Source: Minutocellus sp. GHC0000111
Taxonomy: Eukaryota
Direction of reading: 5' to 3'
NCBI GenBank assembly: GCA_977018835.1
Contig: OZ361258.1
Span: forward strand, 1,302,001-1,366,000
Length of the DNA stretch: 64,000 nt
In this document: positions 22,455 through 33,572 of the stretch, piece after piece
Layout of the letters: the number at the start of each line of letters is the position of its first letter
How positions within the stretch are numbered: position 1 is the first letter of the stretch
The notes under the pieces: model-generated
Seen by the model: only the letters and a program-made list of their open reading frames with translations
Told to the model about the DNA's origin: nothing
Databases searched by the model: none
Translations under genes and position numbers: made by a program

Positions 22455-22943
22455 ATGAAATCGATGGACTATTGTCTGGACAAAGGCGAAATGCGCCAAC
22501 ATGAAGTCCTCCTCAGAATTCTAGCCCAATCCAACATTGCTCGTGACGAGAACGCCGATGGAAACTCGACCATTCGATTCGCAAGGGACGACGAACCAGC
22601 CCATCACGAGGCATCCCAGCTCAATTCTCTCGGTCTTTACCTCAGCGTCGTTCAGCGAGATCCCCACCGAGCTCTCATGTGCCACATGCATGCCCTCAAG
22701 ATCCTCTTGGCCGTCATTCCGCCCACCGAAGAGTCTCTCGTCGAGGGAGCGATAACACGGCTCGACATCGCTCGAGTTTTGGGATCGCTCGGACACGAAG
22801 ACGATGCTGCCGGTCTTATCCTCGAGGCTAGGGCAATCCTCGCGCCGCTGGGAGCGTCGGCCATTACTCAGGTTTTGCTTAGCCATAATCAGCAGCGTCA
22901 ATATCCCGAGGAACCCTTCCAAAACGACAAGGACCAACAATGA
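22455..22943 (+). CDS. Small TPR-like protein
   Basis: ASQLNSLGLYL..ALMCHMHALKI..AITRLDIARVL..GHEDDAAGLILEARAI helical-repeat pattern. Confidence 0.55.
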   Translation: MKSMDYCLDKGEMRQHEVLLRILAQSNIARDENADGNSTIRFARDDEPAHHEASQLNSLGLYLSVVQRDPHRALMCHMHALKILLAVIPPTEESLVEGAITRLDIARVLGSLGHEDDAAGLILEARAILAPLGASAITQVLLSHNQQRQYPEEPFQNDKDQQ

Positions 22944-23419
22944 AAAAGACCTTAAAACTGCTACTGATACCTGGGGACGAATTCTACTATTGACTTTCGA
23001 TTCAATTGGGCTCAATCTAAATCTTTATTAAACGCCCATCGATTGGCGCTTTGATGTCCAGATGGACTGTGAAGCGATACTGAGTTGAGTTGATCTATCG
23101 AGCATAATATATATTTGTTGTAAATTAGAGTCTAGATCTACATGCTGTACACAAATTTAGCTATATACCTGCCTCTGACAAGTTCGCTAGCTATGTAGCT
23201 AGCATCAGTGCGTATTGTTTCTCTCTTCTTTATGTTATGCTTTGTAGTTTTACGTATAATATCACGTGAGTGGGTTGATGAGGACTGTCGATGCAACATC
23301 CTTGACTTGTTATCAAGAACGCTTATTTTCATCGTCTTCCTCTTTCTACTTTTTCTTCACACTCTTTTGGCTTTCCTCGTCCCCTTATGAATTTGTTTGG
23401 TAAGGCACTCGTTGTCTCT

Positions 23420-25678
23420 TCAGACTTCACTCTGAATATTGAGGCCAGTGGTTGGTCGATGCTGTCTCCCCTTATTTTGCTGAAGGTGGCGGGGGTAGGT
23501 AATGAGATTGCCACGATCTTCCACATCGACATTCTTGGGAACTCGCGCGAGTTCCGTGTTGATCACACTCGTTGAACGATGGTTATGACTCTCCATGCCG
23601 GTGGTGATGTCAGGAATCAGCATATCTTTGCGCACGGTAATTGACTCAAAGTGTCGACGAATCTCAAATGATTCCGAAGGGCGGATACTGGTTCCCTGAC
23701 CGAGACTTGTGTCGGTGTGGCTCACCGTTGTTTCACTGATGGACATCATGTCCATATCCTGATCCAGAAGTTCGTGGAGTTGCTGCTTTTGAAGTTGCCG
23801 CTCTTCCTGCGGCATTTCCTCTTGCTTTTGTTGCTGTTGTGCTTTTGGTGGGGATCTACTTCGTACGTGTGCTACTGAGGTCAGTTCGGTAGGCGAAACA
23901 AGATCCTCGGGCTCTTCCAAATTCAGAGCCGAATTGGAAGAAGATTCGTCTGTGGCTCCAGATCCCTCCTCGTTAGCTTCGCCATCTGTTTCCTTGATGG
24001 TAGACAGTACCGGTGACGACTTGCCAAGGCTTCCGCTGGCTTCTAGGTCGGATTCACGCTGCCCCTCGAAGCCAATCAAATTGTCAGCACCGCCTTCAAT
24101 ACTAGCTTTGTTACGCTTGTGGCGGCGAAAGGCAATGACAGAAAAGACCAATCCGATGGCCAGCAAAATCATGCCAGTGACAACACCACCAATGAGAGGA
24201 GAATTGTTGGGAGGTTCCATTTCAGCGTTGGTCTTGAAGTTGATCGCCGATCCACCTTCGTCTCCTCCGACGGGTCCAAGGGGAACGCCTGGGAGGACGG
24301 TGCCACTGCTATCTGTCGGGGGGTCTCTGACTACAGGGGGGATATCTTCGATTGGGGTCTCATTGGAAGGCTCGGGCAACGTCGATGGAGGTTCTTCTCC
24401 AAATGTAGGTGCTACAGGCTCTGGTGGTTGCTCCATAGTAGTCGGTTCGGTTATAGGAAGCTCGCCCACAGACTCAGTAGGTTCGTCCGGTTCAGCAGCC
24501 ACGGGAGTATCTTTTGTGTCATCTTCATCTTGCGTCTCTTCTTCTTCGATTTCTTCTTCTTCTTCGATGTCTTCGATGCCATCGATGCCTTGGTCATCAG
24601 CAACTTCGTTTGTTTCTTTTTGATCTTCACCGTCTGCAGTTTCGTTTGTATCTTTTGGGGCACTAGCATCTACTGCTTCCTCTTCTTTTGCGTCGATCGC
24701 TTCAGTAGGTCCTTCGACTTCTGGCTCCATCTCATTCTTTTCCTCGGCAACGCCCAGGAAAGGAGCAACCGACGATGTCAGGGGAGTTGCCTCGACGTCG
24801 ACGATACCATCAAAGATTGGATCATTGAGCTCTGCCAGAGCCTTGATCAAACCCTTCTCAATTGCCTTCTCGGATAGCCTGCCCAAACGCTTCTCGTTCG
24901 GTGCCGCCGCGGGTGCAGCGACGCGGAAGTTGGCAATGCCGCCGGCAAGCTGGACGACAGTGTAGGCATCGGTGTACGCAAGATGCCTGCTCTGGGCTGG
25001 ACCTCGGATGAGCCTTCGCCGGTCGCCATCACCACCGCATGATGGAGCAATATTGGCAAAGCAAAGCTCGCCATTGGTACATGCGTCCTCCTCGGCCGTC
25101 GAGCCGTAGACGCATGTTTTGGGCTGCTTGTTGCTGCAGGCGGCGTCCCTGGCATCCTGCGCGTCGACACCACAGATCGACCGTCCGTCCAACCCCACCC
25201 ACTCATCCAACGTTACGCCGAGCAGCTTTGAATAACTAAACTTGATGCCATCCTCCAAAATGCTGCGATCGTTGTCGTCGCTGTTGAGGGAGGTGAAGTA
25301 CGCTTCGATGGTCCGTTCGGCGGCATCGTGGATGGTCCGTATCTGGGGGAAGGTGAGACGGTCTGGGGTTGGTGACAGCGTCAAAAGGAGAGGGGGGATG
25401 GTCACCCGAATGGATATGCTGGAATTTGCGTCATCGTCGCCGGAATTGTTGGTTTTGGGAATTTCTTTGTCAGCGGCAGCGGCGGCGGTATCGTCAATGA
25501 TGTCAACGTCGCGGTTCCATTCCTCATTGGTATTTGTTCCATCGTCTACTTTGGGCTTTTCGTTGGAGAGATTGTCACGATCACGCTGGACCTCGTCGGC
25601 AGCTGCGCCGTTCATCGAAGTTTGCTCTTCTTGATCCCTACGGTGGGCAGCAAGGAGAGAACGCCGTTGCTGGGCCAT
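23420..25678 (-). CDS. Single-pass membrane protein with a Cys-rich module (diatom chitin-binding-like), acidic/Pro-rich stalk and cytosolic tail
   Basis: CGVDAQDA..C..C..C..GELCFA..C; RRL motif; TM segment LIGGVVTGMILLAIGLVFSVIAF followed by RRHKR. Confidence 0.7.
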   Translation of the reverse strand: MAQQRRSLLAAHRRDQEEQTSMNGAAADEVQRDRDNLSNEKPKVDDGTNTNEEWNRDVDIIDDTAAAAADKEIPKTNNSGDDDANSSISIRVTIPPLLLTLSPTPDRLTFPQIRTIHDAAERTIEAYFTSLNSDDNDRSILEDGIKFSYSKLLGVTLDEWVGLDGRSICGVDAQDARDAACSNKQPKTCVYGSTAEEDACTNGELCFANIAPSCGGDGDRRRLIRGPAQSRHLAYTDAYTVVQLAGGIANFRVAAPAAAPNEKRLGRLSEKAIEKGLIKALAELNDPIFDGIVDVEATPLTSSVAPFLGVAEEKNEMEPEVEGPTEAIDAKEEEAVDASAPKDTNETADGEDQKETNEVADDQGIDGIEDIEEEEEIEEEETQDEDDTKDTPVAAEPDEPTESVGELPITEPTTMEQPPEPVAPTFGEEPPSTLPEPSNETPIEDIPPVVRDPPTDSSGTVLPGVPLGPVGGDEGGSAINFKTNAEMEPPNNSPLIGGVVTGMILLAIGLVFSVIAFRRHKRNKASIEGGADNLIGFEGQRESDLEASGSLGKSSPVLSTIKETDGEANEEGSGATDESSSNSALNLEEPEDLVSPTELTSVAHVRSRSPPKAQQQQKQEEMPQEERQLQKQQLHELLDQDMDMMSISETTVSHTDTSLGQGTSIRPSESFEIRRHFESITVRKDMLIPDITTGMESHNHRSTSVINTELARVPKNVDVEDRGNLITYPRHLQQNKGRQHRPTTGLNIQSEV

Positions 25679-26020
25679 GACGTGACGAGTGGACGAGTGG
25701 AGGTATCGGTGTGTGGATGTAGGAAGAGATGACCGGAGGAGGAATGAATTGATGGAAAACCAGCGCGTCTTATGCCGTCATCAAATTGAGCACATGCACT
25801 TTCTAATCGTTCCCTGGACGAAGATCAAAAGAGGAGGAGAATACTGACAGCTTCGTCGGTGGAAGGAGAGGTGCACGGCAGCAATCTCTTTGTGCTGTCT
25901 CCTATTATTTGCTTCCACTCTTTGATGCTTGGCGCAGCTCTCGGAGGCAGTTTTTCAGCTTCAGTCCCGGAAAACAAGAGATCAGAATGAGGCTGGCCGG
26001 CGCACGGTTTGCGAGAAACT

Positions 26021-27218
26021 TACGAGGTCGCGGACAGCAGTTTCAGGGACCCGGTTTTCGGGTCTATGGGCAAAATCTCATAAAAATCAGCACAAACGCA
26101 CGCAGCAAGCAGCATTTATTTGCTATCGTCCTGTCTTCAAGATGGCGGTGACGGCAGTGCCGACGGCATCCGCTTCACGCAAGGGATAAGCGTGGTATCT
26201 CCAGAACGGGTTGGTCCTTGACCTTGGACCGACTCGGAGACATCGATTTCATCTTCCCATGCCAGCGTCTGTCTGGCCGATTCACCCCATCCATCGCCCC
26301 TCCCGACTTCTGCCAGTTTTTCCGATGACAACCGGTCACCTCCTCCACCTCCCGACCCCACCACCACCTCCCAAATGCATTGATTCAAGTAGCCATATGG
26401 TTTGAGCTCCGATATCGGTCTCCATGGTCCCCATAATGGCGTGTCTCATGCGGTCCGGGTGACCCCGCGCCAAAATCGAGCGGGAGACTTGCCACGAATC
26501 GTAGAGGCATCGATGGTGCCGCTCCGATGGACAAAATAATCAAAGCATGGGATGGAGCTGCCGGACCGACGGGAGCGGCGACATGCTGGCGCATCAGCTG
26601 CGGTGGCAGCAGCAGTAACAGCCATTTGCATTAATATGGTGTTGGATGCAGTATTTTGTGGCAGTAGAGCAACAGTTTGTATGTCGGGTGGGTTGGAAAT
26701 GAGGAAGGTTTCATTGAGTGGCGGGCGCGCCGGGCGGGTGATGATTTTTTTTGGCCCGCTCGATTTTGGCGCGGGGTCACCCGGACCGCATAAGACACGC
26801 CATTGTGGGGACCATGGAGACCGATGTCGGAGCTCAAACCATGTGGCTACTTGAATCAATGCATTTGGGAGGTGGTGGTGGGGTCGGGAGGTGGAGGAGG
26901 TGACCGGTTGTCATCGGAAAAACTGGCAGAAGTCGGGAGGGGCGATGGATGGGGTGAGTCGGCCAGACAGACGCTGGCATGGGAAGATGAAATCGATATC
27001 TCCGAGTCGGTCCAAGGTCAAGGACCAACCCGTTCTGGAGACACCACGCTTATCCCTTGCGTGAAGCGGATGCCGTCGGCACTGCCGTCACCGCCATCTT
27101 GAAGACAGGACGACAGCAAATAAATGCTGCTTGCTGCGTGCGTTTGTGCTGATTTTTATGAGATTTTGCCCAAAGACCCGAAAACCGGGTCCCTGAAACT
27201 GCTGTCCGCGACCTCGTA
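26021..27218. mobile_element. Non-autonomous Tc1/mariner-type foldback element: 462-bp TIRs (26023-26484; 26755-27216), 270-bp spacer, TA target-site duplication
   Basis: TA|CGAGGTCGCGG ... CCGCGACCTCG|TA. The arms are reverse complements with 9 mismatches. No transposase ORF. Confidence 0.9.
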
Positions 27219-28330
27219 CATGTGTTATGCCGCCGCCCCCTTCGCTCTTCGCCGCCTTCGCCTTTGCTTCATCCAACACCATGATTTCCTTCTGATTCGC
27301 CTGCCGCTAACTCGATAGTCCGGCGGACATGCTGCCGGCCGGGGTCTCCGCTCGGCAGGCGTGTCTACCAGTACCAGTAAGGCCGCCTTCTTCCATGATG
27401 TCGTCTCGATCTCCAAGGCTCAACAGCAGCAGAAAAAGTGTCGTGCCTTGGCGGGCACTTGCGACCTGGAGCAGACCCTGACCAAGCTCCAGCCCACTGA
27501 CGTTACCTACTTTTCGTCCCGCTCACTTGAATTTGGATCAAGTCTCGATTTTGGCGCGGGGTCACCCGGACCGCATAAGACACGCCATTGTGGGGACCAT
27601 GGAGACCGATGTCGGAGCTCAAACCATGTGGCTACTTGAATCAATGCATTTGGGAGGTGGTGGTGGGGTCGGGAGGTGGAGGAGGTGACCGGTTGTCATC
27701 GGAAAAACTGGCAGAAGTCGGGAGGGGCGATGGATGGGGTGAGTCGGCCAGACAGACGCTGGCATGGGAAGATGAAATCGATATCTCCGAGTCGGTCCAA
27801 GGTCAAGGACCAACCCGTTCTGGAGACACCACGCTTATCCCTTGCGTGAAGCGGATGCCGTCGGCACTGCCGTCACCGCCATCTTGAAGACAGGACGACA
27901 GCAAATAAATGCTGCTTGCTGCGTGCGTTTGTGCTGATTTTTATGAGATTTTGCCCAAAGACCCGAAAACCGGGTCCCTGAAACTGCTGTCCGCGACCTC
28001 GTACATGTGTTATGCCGCCGCCCCCTTCGCTCTTCGCCGCCTTCGCCTTTGCTTCATCCAACACCATGATTTCCTTCTGATTCGCCTGCCGCTAACTCGA
28101 TAGTCCGGCGGACATGCTGCCGGCCGGGGTCTCCGCTCGGCAGGCGTGTCTACCAGTACCAGTAAGGCCGCCTTCTTCCATGATGTCGTCTCGATCTCCA
28201 AGGCTCAACAGCAGCAGAAAAAGTGTCGTGCCTTGGCGGGCACTTGCGACCTGGAGCAGACCCTGACCAAGCTCCAGCCCACTGACGTTACCTACTTTTC
28301 GTCCCGCTCACTTGAATTTGGATCAAGTCT
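26759..28330. repeat. Tandem duplication of a 785-bp unit (right TIR plus the 5' part of the FG-GAP gene)
   Basis: 26759-27545 recurs at 27544-28330 (offset 785); the copies appear identical. Confidence 0.95.
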
Positions 28331-30625
28331 TGTCATCGACGGCGATTGGATGGTAGCCGGCGCCAACCAGAACTCGACCAGCCCCCCTACGAAGCCATCT
28401 GGATCTACAAGTGGGACGGATCGGATTGGATCTTTCATCAAAAGATCGAGTTTCCCTTGGGTGACAACTGGTCTGGGTTTGGGCGCCATGTCGCCATATA
28501 AGTGGTGACACCATCGCGGTTGGTGACAACGAGAAGCATGTGACGGGGAAAGGCTCTGTGCATGTCTACCGGCTTGACACCAGCGACAACGACACCTGGA
28601 AACAGGAACAGAGAATTCAAAACACGGCTTCTACTGGAGATTGGTACGGCGATCAACTCTGTCTTGAGGGCGACACCCTGATTGTTCCCTCCAGAAACGA
28701 GGCCAGTAATCGAGGTGCGGTTTACGTTTATGAGAGAGACTGCTCCTCTAGCACTTGCTCCTGGGGTCAGACTCAAAAGTTTACTGGGGAGAACTCCAGT
28801 GATGGATTCGGAAGCGGCGCTTTCTTGTCTGGAAACACTCTCTTCCTCGGAGCACCACATGCAGATGACAACGGCCTCACGGATCCCGGGAAAGTGCACT
28901 ACTATACAAGAGCCCAGGCCGGAGGTCAGTGGACTCTCCAGCAGTCGTTCACTCCACCCAGTGCAATGGCAGATGACAGGGCCGGACAAATTCTTGCTTT
29001 CGACGGAGAGACCCTTTTCGTTCCGAGTTGGAGTCGTACAGTTGATGGAGTTTGGGGAGTCGGTTATGGCTGGATCTTCGAGCAAAACTCCAGCGGGGAG
29101 TGGGAGGTGACGCAAGAACTTGAAAATCCCTCAGGGGCGGGTGGCATCTATTATGGAGCCTGGAGACCGTCCATTCGTGGCGATACCCTTGTAATTCCCT
29201 CCAGAGCCGGAATTGACGTATGGAAGAAGACAGGTGGTATTTGGGCCCTGGAAAAGGTCCTACCAAAAAGCGGGGAGGACTGTGAAGCCACAGCATTCCA
29301 CGACGATTCTCTTGTCTTCTCTTGCGAAGCTACCGACGGAAGGAAGGGCGCCATCTACTACCTCACTTGTCCCGATGCATTTACGGCAGCTGCAGCTGAT
29401 AGTAGTAAGTTGCATTCATTTCCTTTCAATTCCATTATTCCTCTCATGTTTCTTTGGCATTCTTCTTACCCATAGTCTACCTCTCCCACTTTGCTATCAT
29501 TATTCATCTATGTCAGGTGATGCCAGTGCCGGTGGCAGTACAGGAGGTGTTGCCACAGGCCCCACCCAAGTCGGAGAGTGGTGGGATCCTACCGCCTGGG
29601 ACGTCACGCCGTACCTGACGGCCACGTGCGCCGCCAGCTTCGTCGAGTGCTGTAACGGCTTCGTCTGCGATGACGACGGCGTCACTCCGACCTCCACCAC
29701 CTGCCAGGCAGCCTGCGCCGGTGACTGCTGCGACAGTAGTGGCGACGGCAGCGGCGCCGATGCCTGCGTCCGCTTCACGGGCAGGGTGTGCAAGGACGGG
29801 TCCTGCACGGGCAATGCCGCCTGCGTCGACGCGTCCATATCGGAGATCATCAACGGCTGCCAGGGCGGCTGGGCCTGCCACTGTCTTTTCGGGAGCGATG
29901 CGCTCCATTTCACGTTTTCCAGCTGCAGCCCTCTCGGCAGCGATGCGCTCCATTTCACGTTTTTCAGCTGCAGCCCTTTCCGCATCGAGAAGTTCTATTT
30001 CCATACGAATTCTCTCGGCCTCAGCCTTCTCGGCGGCTCTACTTGCAGCAACTGATACCGATTCTTCTGCTAGGGTGTGAAGGACATCTTTTTTCCGTTG
30101 TAGCTCAGTGGTTCTATTTGAGGCTACAGATGCCGAATCCTTAGCAATGGCATGCAACATCTTCTTTTTCCTTTGTATTTCAGCGTTTCTTCTGGAAGCT
30201 ACAGACGCAGAATCCTCAGCAAGGGCCTGTAGAGTACTTTTCTTACGGTCGACTTCACGGGCAGGGTGTGCAAGGACGGGTCCTGCACGGGCAATGCCGC
30301 CTGCGTCGACGCGTCCATATCGGAGATCATCAACGGCTGCCAGGGCGGCTGGGCCTGCCACACGGTGGCGCACAACAACGGCGGTGCGCCCGTCCCTCAC
30401 GTGCACAATTCCTGCCGCAGCGTCCAGCAGGCGTGCCAGGGCATGGCCAGCAATGGCGGCAAGGTGGGCAGCGTCGTCAACAGCTGCAACGCCAACCCCG
30501 ACCCCGCGGCGACGGACCACACGACCGTGGACTGGGACGGATCCCTCGTGTACGACAAGCAGTGCTACCGCGTCGGCTGGAAGGGCCGGGTGGGCGACCT
30601 CGTCGATTCCTGCGCGGGCGACAAG
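28146..30625 (+). pseudogene. FG-GAP-repeat beta-propeller plus Cys-rich domain gene, disrupted by frameshifts at ~28385 and ~28499, an insertion at 29882-30252 and truncation at ~30625; intron ~29405-29516
   Basis: FGSSLVIDGDWMVAGA, FGRHVAI/SGDTIAVG, YGDQLCLEGDTLIV..GAVYVYER, FGSGAFLSGNTLFLGAP; then TCQAACAGDCC..ACVRFTGRVCKDGSCTGNAAC. Confidence 0.8.
29881..30257. repeat. 377-bp copy of 44814-45190 (same orientation), flanked by a 109-bp direct duplication (29773-29881 = 30253-30361)
   Basis: Direct alignment at offset 14933; only two mismatches seen, both near the left junction. Confidence 0.95.
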
Positions 30626-30656
30626 ACCATAAAGGCGCTGCGATCTCCTGACCAAC

Positions 30657-31033
30657 ATGCCGCATTATCCACCGACAAGAAAACGCAGCATGCGTCGTCT
30701 CTCAAGTAGAAGGAAGAAATATGCCACCAGCAAGAAGAACGCGAACAAGGGTATAGTTGCATCAGTCCTTGCCGATCACAGAGTTACCCACGAGCGCTCT
30801 GAGGAAAACAATGTGCCGATAGTAATGATAGAGGAGAGAGAGCCGATAGCAAACAGCGAACTGAAGAGAGGGAAGAGGCCGAAAAGTCAAACATTCAACC
30901 ACCAACTATCCTTGGACTTCCTCTTCCCGACAACGCATATGTCATGTCACTCTATTCGGAATCCACAAAGTTATGCAATGAAATATCACTTCGTTTCAAT
31001 GCATACTGCCCTGCTGCCGCTACCACCACCACC

Positions 31034-31075
<42 letters not shown>

Positions 31076-31930
31076 GAAGAAGTTGTCAACAACAATACCG
31101 ACAAGCAATCCAATAGTGAAAGCAACAACATGTCTGCCGCCGATGATGACAACGAGGCTACCAACAAGCCGCCTAGCGATTCCACCGATGATGACCTTGA
31201 GGCTACCAACGAGCTGCCTAACGACGAAACCAAAATCGACCACAGTGCTGTTACAGGAAAGGAACCAGACAAGGACGATGACGACAACAGTATGCCACCC
31301 CCAAATGTTGAAGACAATGGAAATGTTCTAGCGAGGTCGCTGGAGAGGCTCAGAGGGCTAACGTGTGTGTATTCCGAGAGCAAGTGCAATTGCGGCCACA
31401 CCGAGGCAGGAGAAACCCTGAATGAAGTAGGACGCGCCCTCGCCGAAATAGAAGTTGTAAAGTCTCTCAGCCGTTTCTTGGAGGCTGATGACAAACAATC
31501 TGAGGCGAAGGTGACGGAAGAAACCAAGATCATTGTTTGTGTAGGAGAAGAACATGATGAAGGTATCGAGATTCCCCTGGTAAGTCAGGATGATGAAGAT
31601 GAAGAAGGCATCGAGGTTCCCTTGGTAAATCAGGAAAGCCCCAAGGAAGCAGATGGCGCTGGTGTAGAAGAAGGAAAAGAAGGTATTGAGAAACCTTTCA
31701 CAAGTAAGACAGATTATACAGACCGCACCGAGGAAGTTCTCCAGAGTCAGCTGTCTTCGTTGGGTTCCGATACCAATAGTGAGCCAGAAGATAAGGAAGT
31801 GCAGCAAGAGGACCCACAGAATATTGACTCGAGTAATAGTAACGATGGTACCAGCGACGAGGACATTGCAGAAGAAGAGATGCTCGAGAAGGACATCAAG
31901 CTTTCTCATAGTAAGAGGTCACTAGAATAG
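30657..31930 (+). CDS. Hypothetical acidic low-complexity protein with a poly-Thr tract; probable frameshift near 30868
   Basis: ORF 30657 (MPHYPP..) links to the frame EEAEKSNIQPPTILGLPLPDNAYVMSLY..; (ACC)n(ACT)n at ~31021-31074. Confidence 0.55.
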
Positions 31931-32116
31931 ATACCAGTCGTCGTAATAACAAAGGGTGATATAAATGAATATATATTATAATGCAATATGCTGTTGAGTT
32001 TTGCGGTGCAACTCTACAGCAGACGATGCATAGTTGTAGAAATATGATACAAAATTTATGTAAAGTTAGTGGGCCAAATGAATAGTGGCACCACCATGTG
32101 CACGAGCAGACCGCAA

Positions 32117-32956
32117 CTAGATCTCAGACAACTTGCGCGTGTCTCCAATCCTATTGTTGAGGCTAATTTCCATTCCCTCGCCTTCGTACTCTTCCTCGTC
32201 TTCGTCATCGTCTTCTTTTCCCTCCTTCTTTTCTTCGTTGGTCTCCTGGTTGATGGCACTTTCCTCGTTGGTCTCGGCAGTCTTCTCGCTGTTGAGAAGC
32301 TCATTGATTGACTTCATGGTCTGCGTTTGAGTGATGGCAAGGCCCATGAGGCTTAGGTCTTCCTCAGCCATGACGTAGGCGGTAGTCAACCCATTGACGG
32401 TCTGGTTGTATACCTGCGAGGCGGATTCGTTGAATTTGGTGAGATGATTCGACATTTCGTTGTAGGCCTTGGAATTTTCGACAGTTTTCCACGCCTTGGC
32501 GGATTCGTCGTTGAGGGTGGTCCATGCCTTGGACGTCTCCTCGTTGACGGCAGTAAGGCAGGCATCGTCGGGGAGGGGAACGCCGTATTCCTGGAGGACC
32601 TTTTCGATGCCATCGCGCTGCTCCACGACAACCTCTGTGACGGGCTTCTCCGTGCCCCCCGAGGATATTTTGACGGCCGATGCAAGGATGGCGTTGGCGT
32701 TCTGAACCTCCTCGCTGGTGGCAGTCTTGGTGTTGGCAATGTCCTCGCTTGCCTCTCGGGATTCCTCTGCCTGAATATTCTCCTCGGGATCAGCGTCACG
32801 CTGCAGCTCGGCGGCAAGGACGGAGGTTTGCTTGTTGTTTTCGGACTTGACGGTAAAGATCTTGATGGTGCTCGGCGTCCTGGAAAGCGCCTTGGCCTCT
32901 GCAGTTGCGACGGTCACCTCCTCGGCGGAGTTGGCATTGCTGTTAATTACCTCCAT
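32117..32956 (-). CDS. Hypothetical acidic protein
   Basis: 279-aa ATG ORF with coding-like codon usage. Confidence 0.65.
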   Translation of the reverse strand: MEVINSNANSAEEVTVATAEAKALSRTPSTIKIFTVKSENNKQTSVLAAELQRDADPEENIQAEESREASEDIANTKTATSEEVQNANAILASAVKISSGGTEKPVTEVVVEQRDGIEKVLQEYGVPLPDDACLTAVNEETSKAWTTLNDESAKAWKTVENSKAYNEMSNHLTKFNESASQVYNQTVNGLTTAYVMAEEDLSLMGLAITQTQTMKSINELLNSEKTAETNEESAINQETNEEKKEGKEDDDEDEEEYEGEGMEISLNNRIGDTRKLSEI

Positions 32957-33572
32957 GGCGATAGATGGCGATGGTAGACTAGAGGCAAGTAGGAATTCCT
33001 ATCTTACTTTGCAAAGAATAGGAGATTCTTGGCTGCACAATTTTTCACGGCTGATGGGCAAAAACGAGAAGGAAGGAGCGACGGATCACTTATTTTCTCT
33101 TGATTATTGCAAAAATGAGCAGTTCAAATGCAGTATGGGTGGAACTGAAAGCGAATTTGTGCATCCTATCATGCGCCTTGGCGGGCGCGACATGGCGCAT
33201 GGAAACGTTGGCACTTCCTTCAACGCATCAAGCATGGTGCTGCTTCTTGAGTCATCAGGCGGGAGATGCAATATTTTTGGCGGGAGATGCGCCTTTGGCC
33301 CGGCCGGCTCGATGGACTGACTCCACAGCACCATCTGCCAGCCGGATGACTCGCATACTTTTGGTCGCACTATCGGTGGCCGGCCGGCGCGCGAAGCAAC
33401 CGACCGGCGCGCACAACGCGAGCCACCATGGCGGCAAAAATTCAAATTGCCGCCGCTACGTGCAGAACGAAGGCGATATCTCGCGCTGGTGTGGGAGAAT
33501 TACGGCACGAGACCAACCAGGTACTCCCGACATCCTGGTGATATTCCCGTTGGTCTCGATCCATAATTCTCC

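Noticed and set aside
26000..28330. CRISPR-like array or protein-coding repeats (repeated short ORFs in the track)
   Set aside because: Fully explained by long TIRs plus one tandem duplication; there is no repeat-spacer structure.
29513..30658. 381-aa minus-strand ORF as a novel fusion gene
   Set aside because: It is antisense to GC-rich coding DNA plus the inserted fragment of the 44.5-45.3 kb exon.
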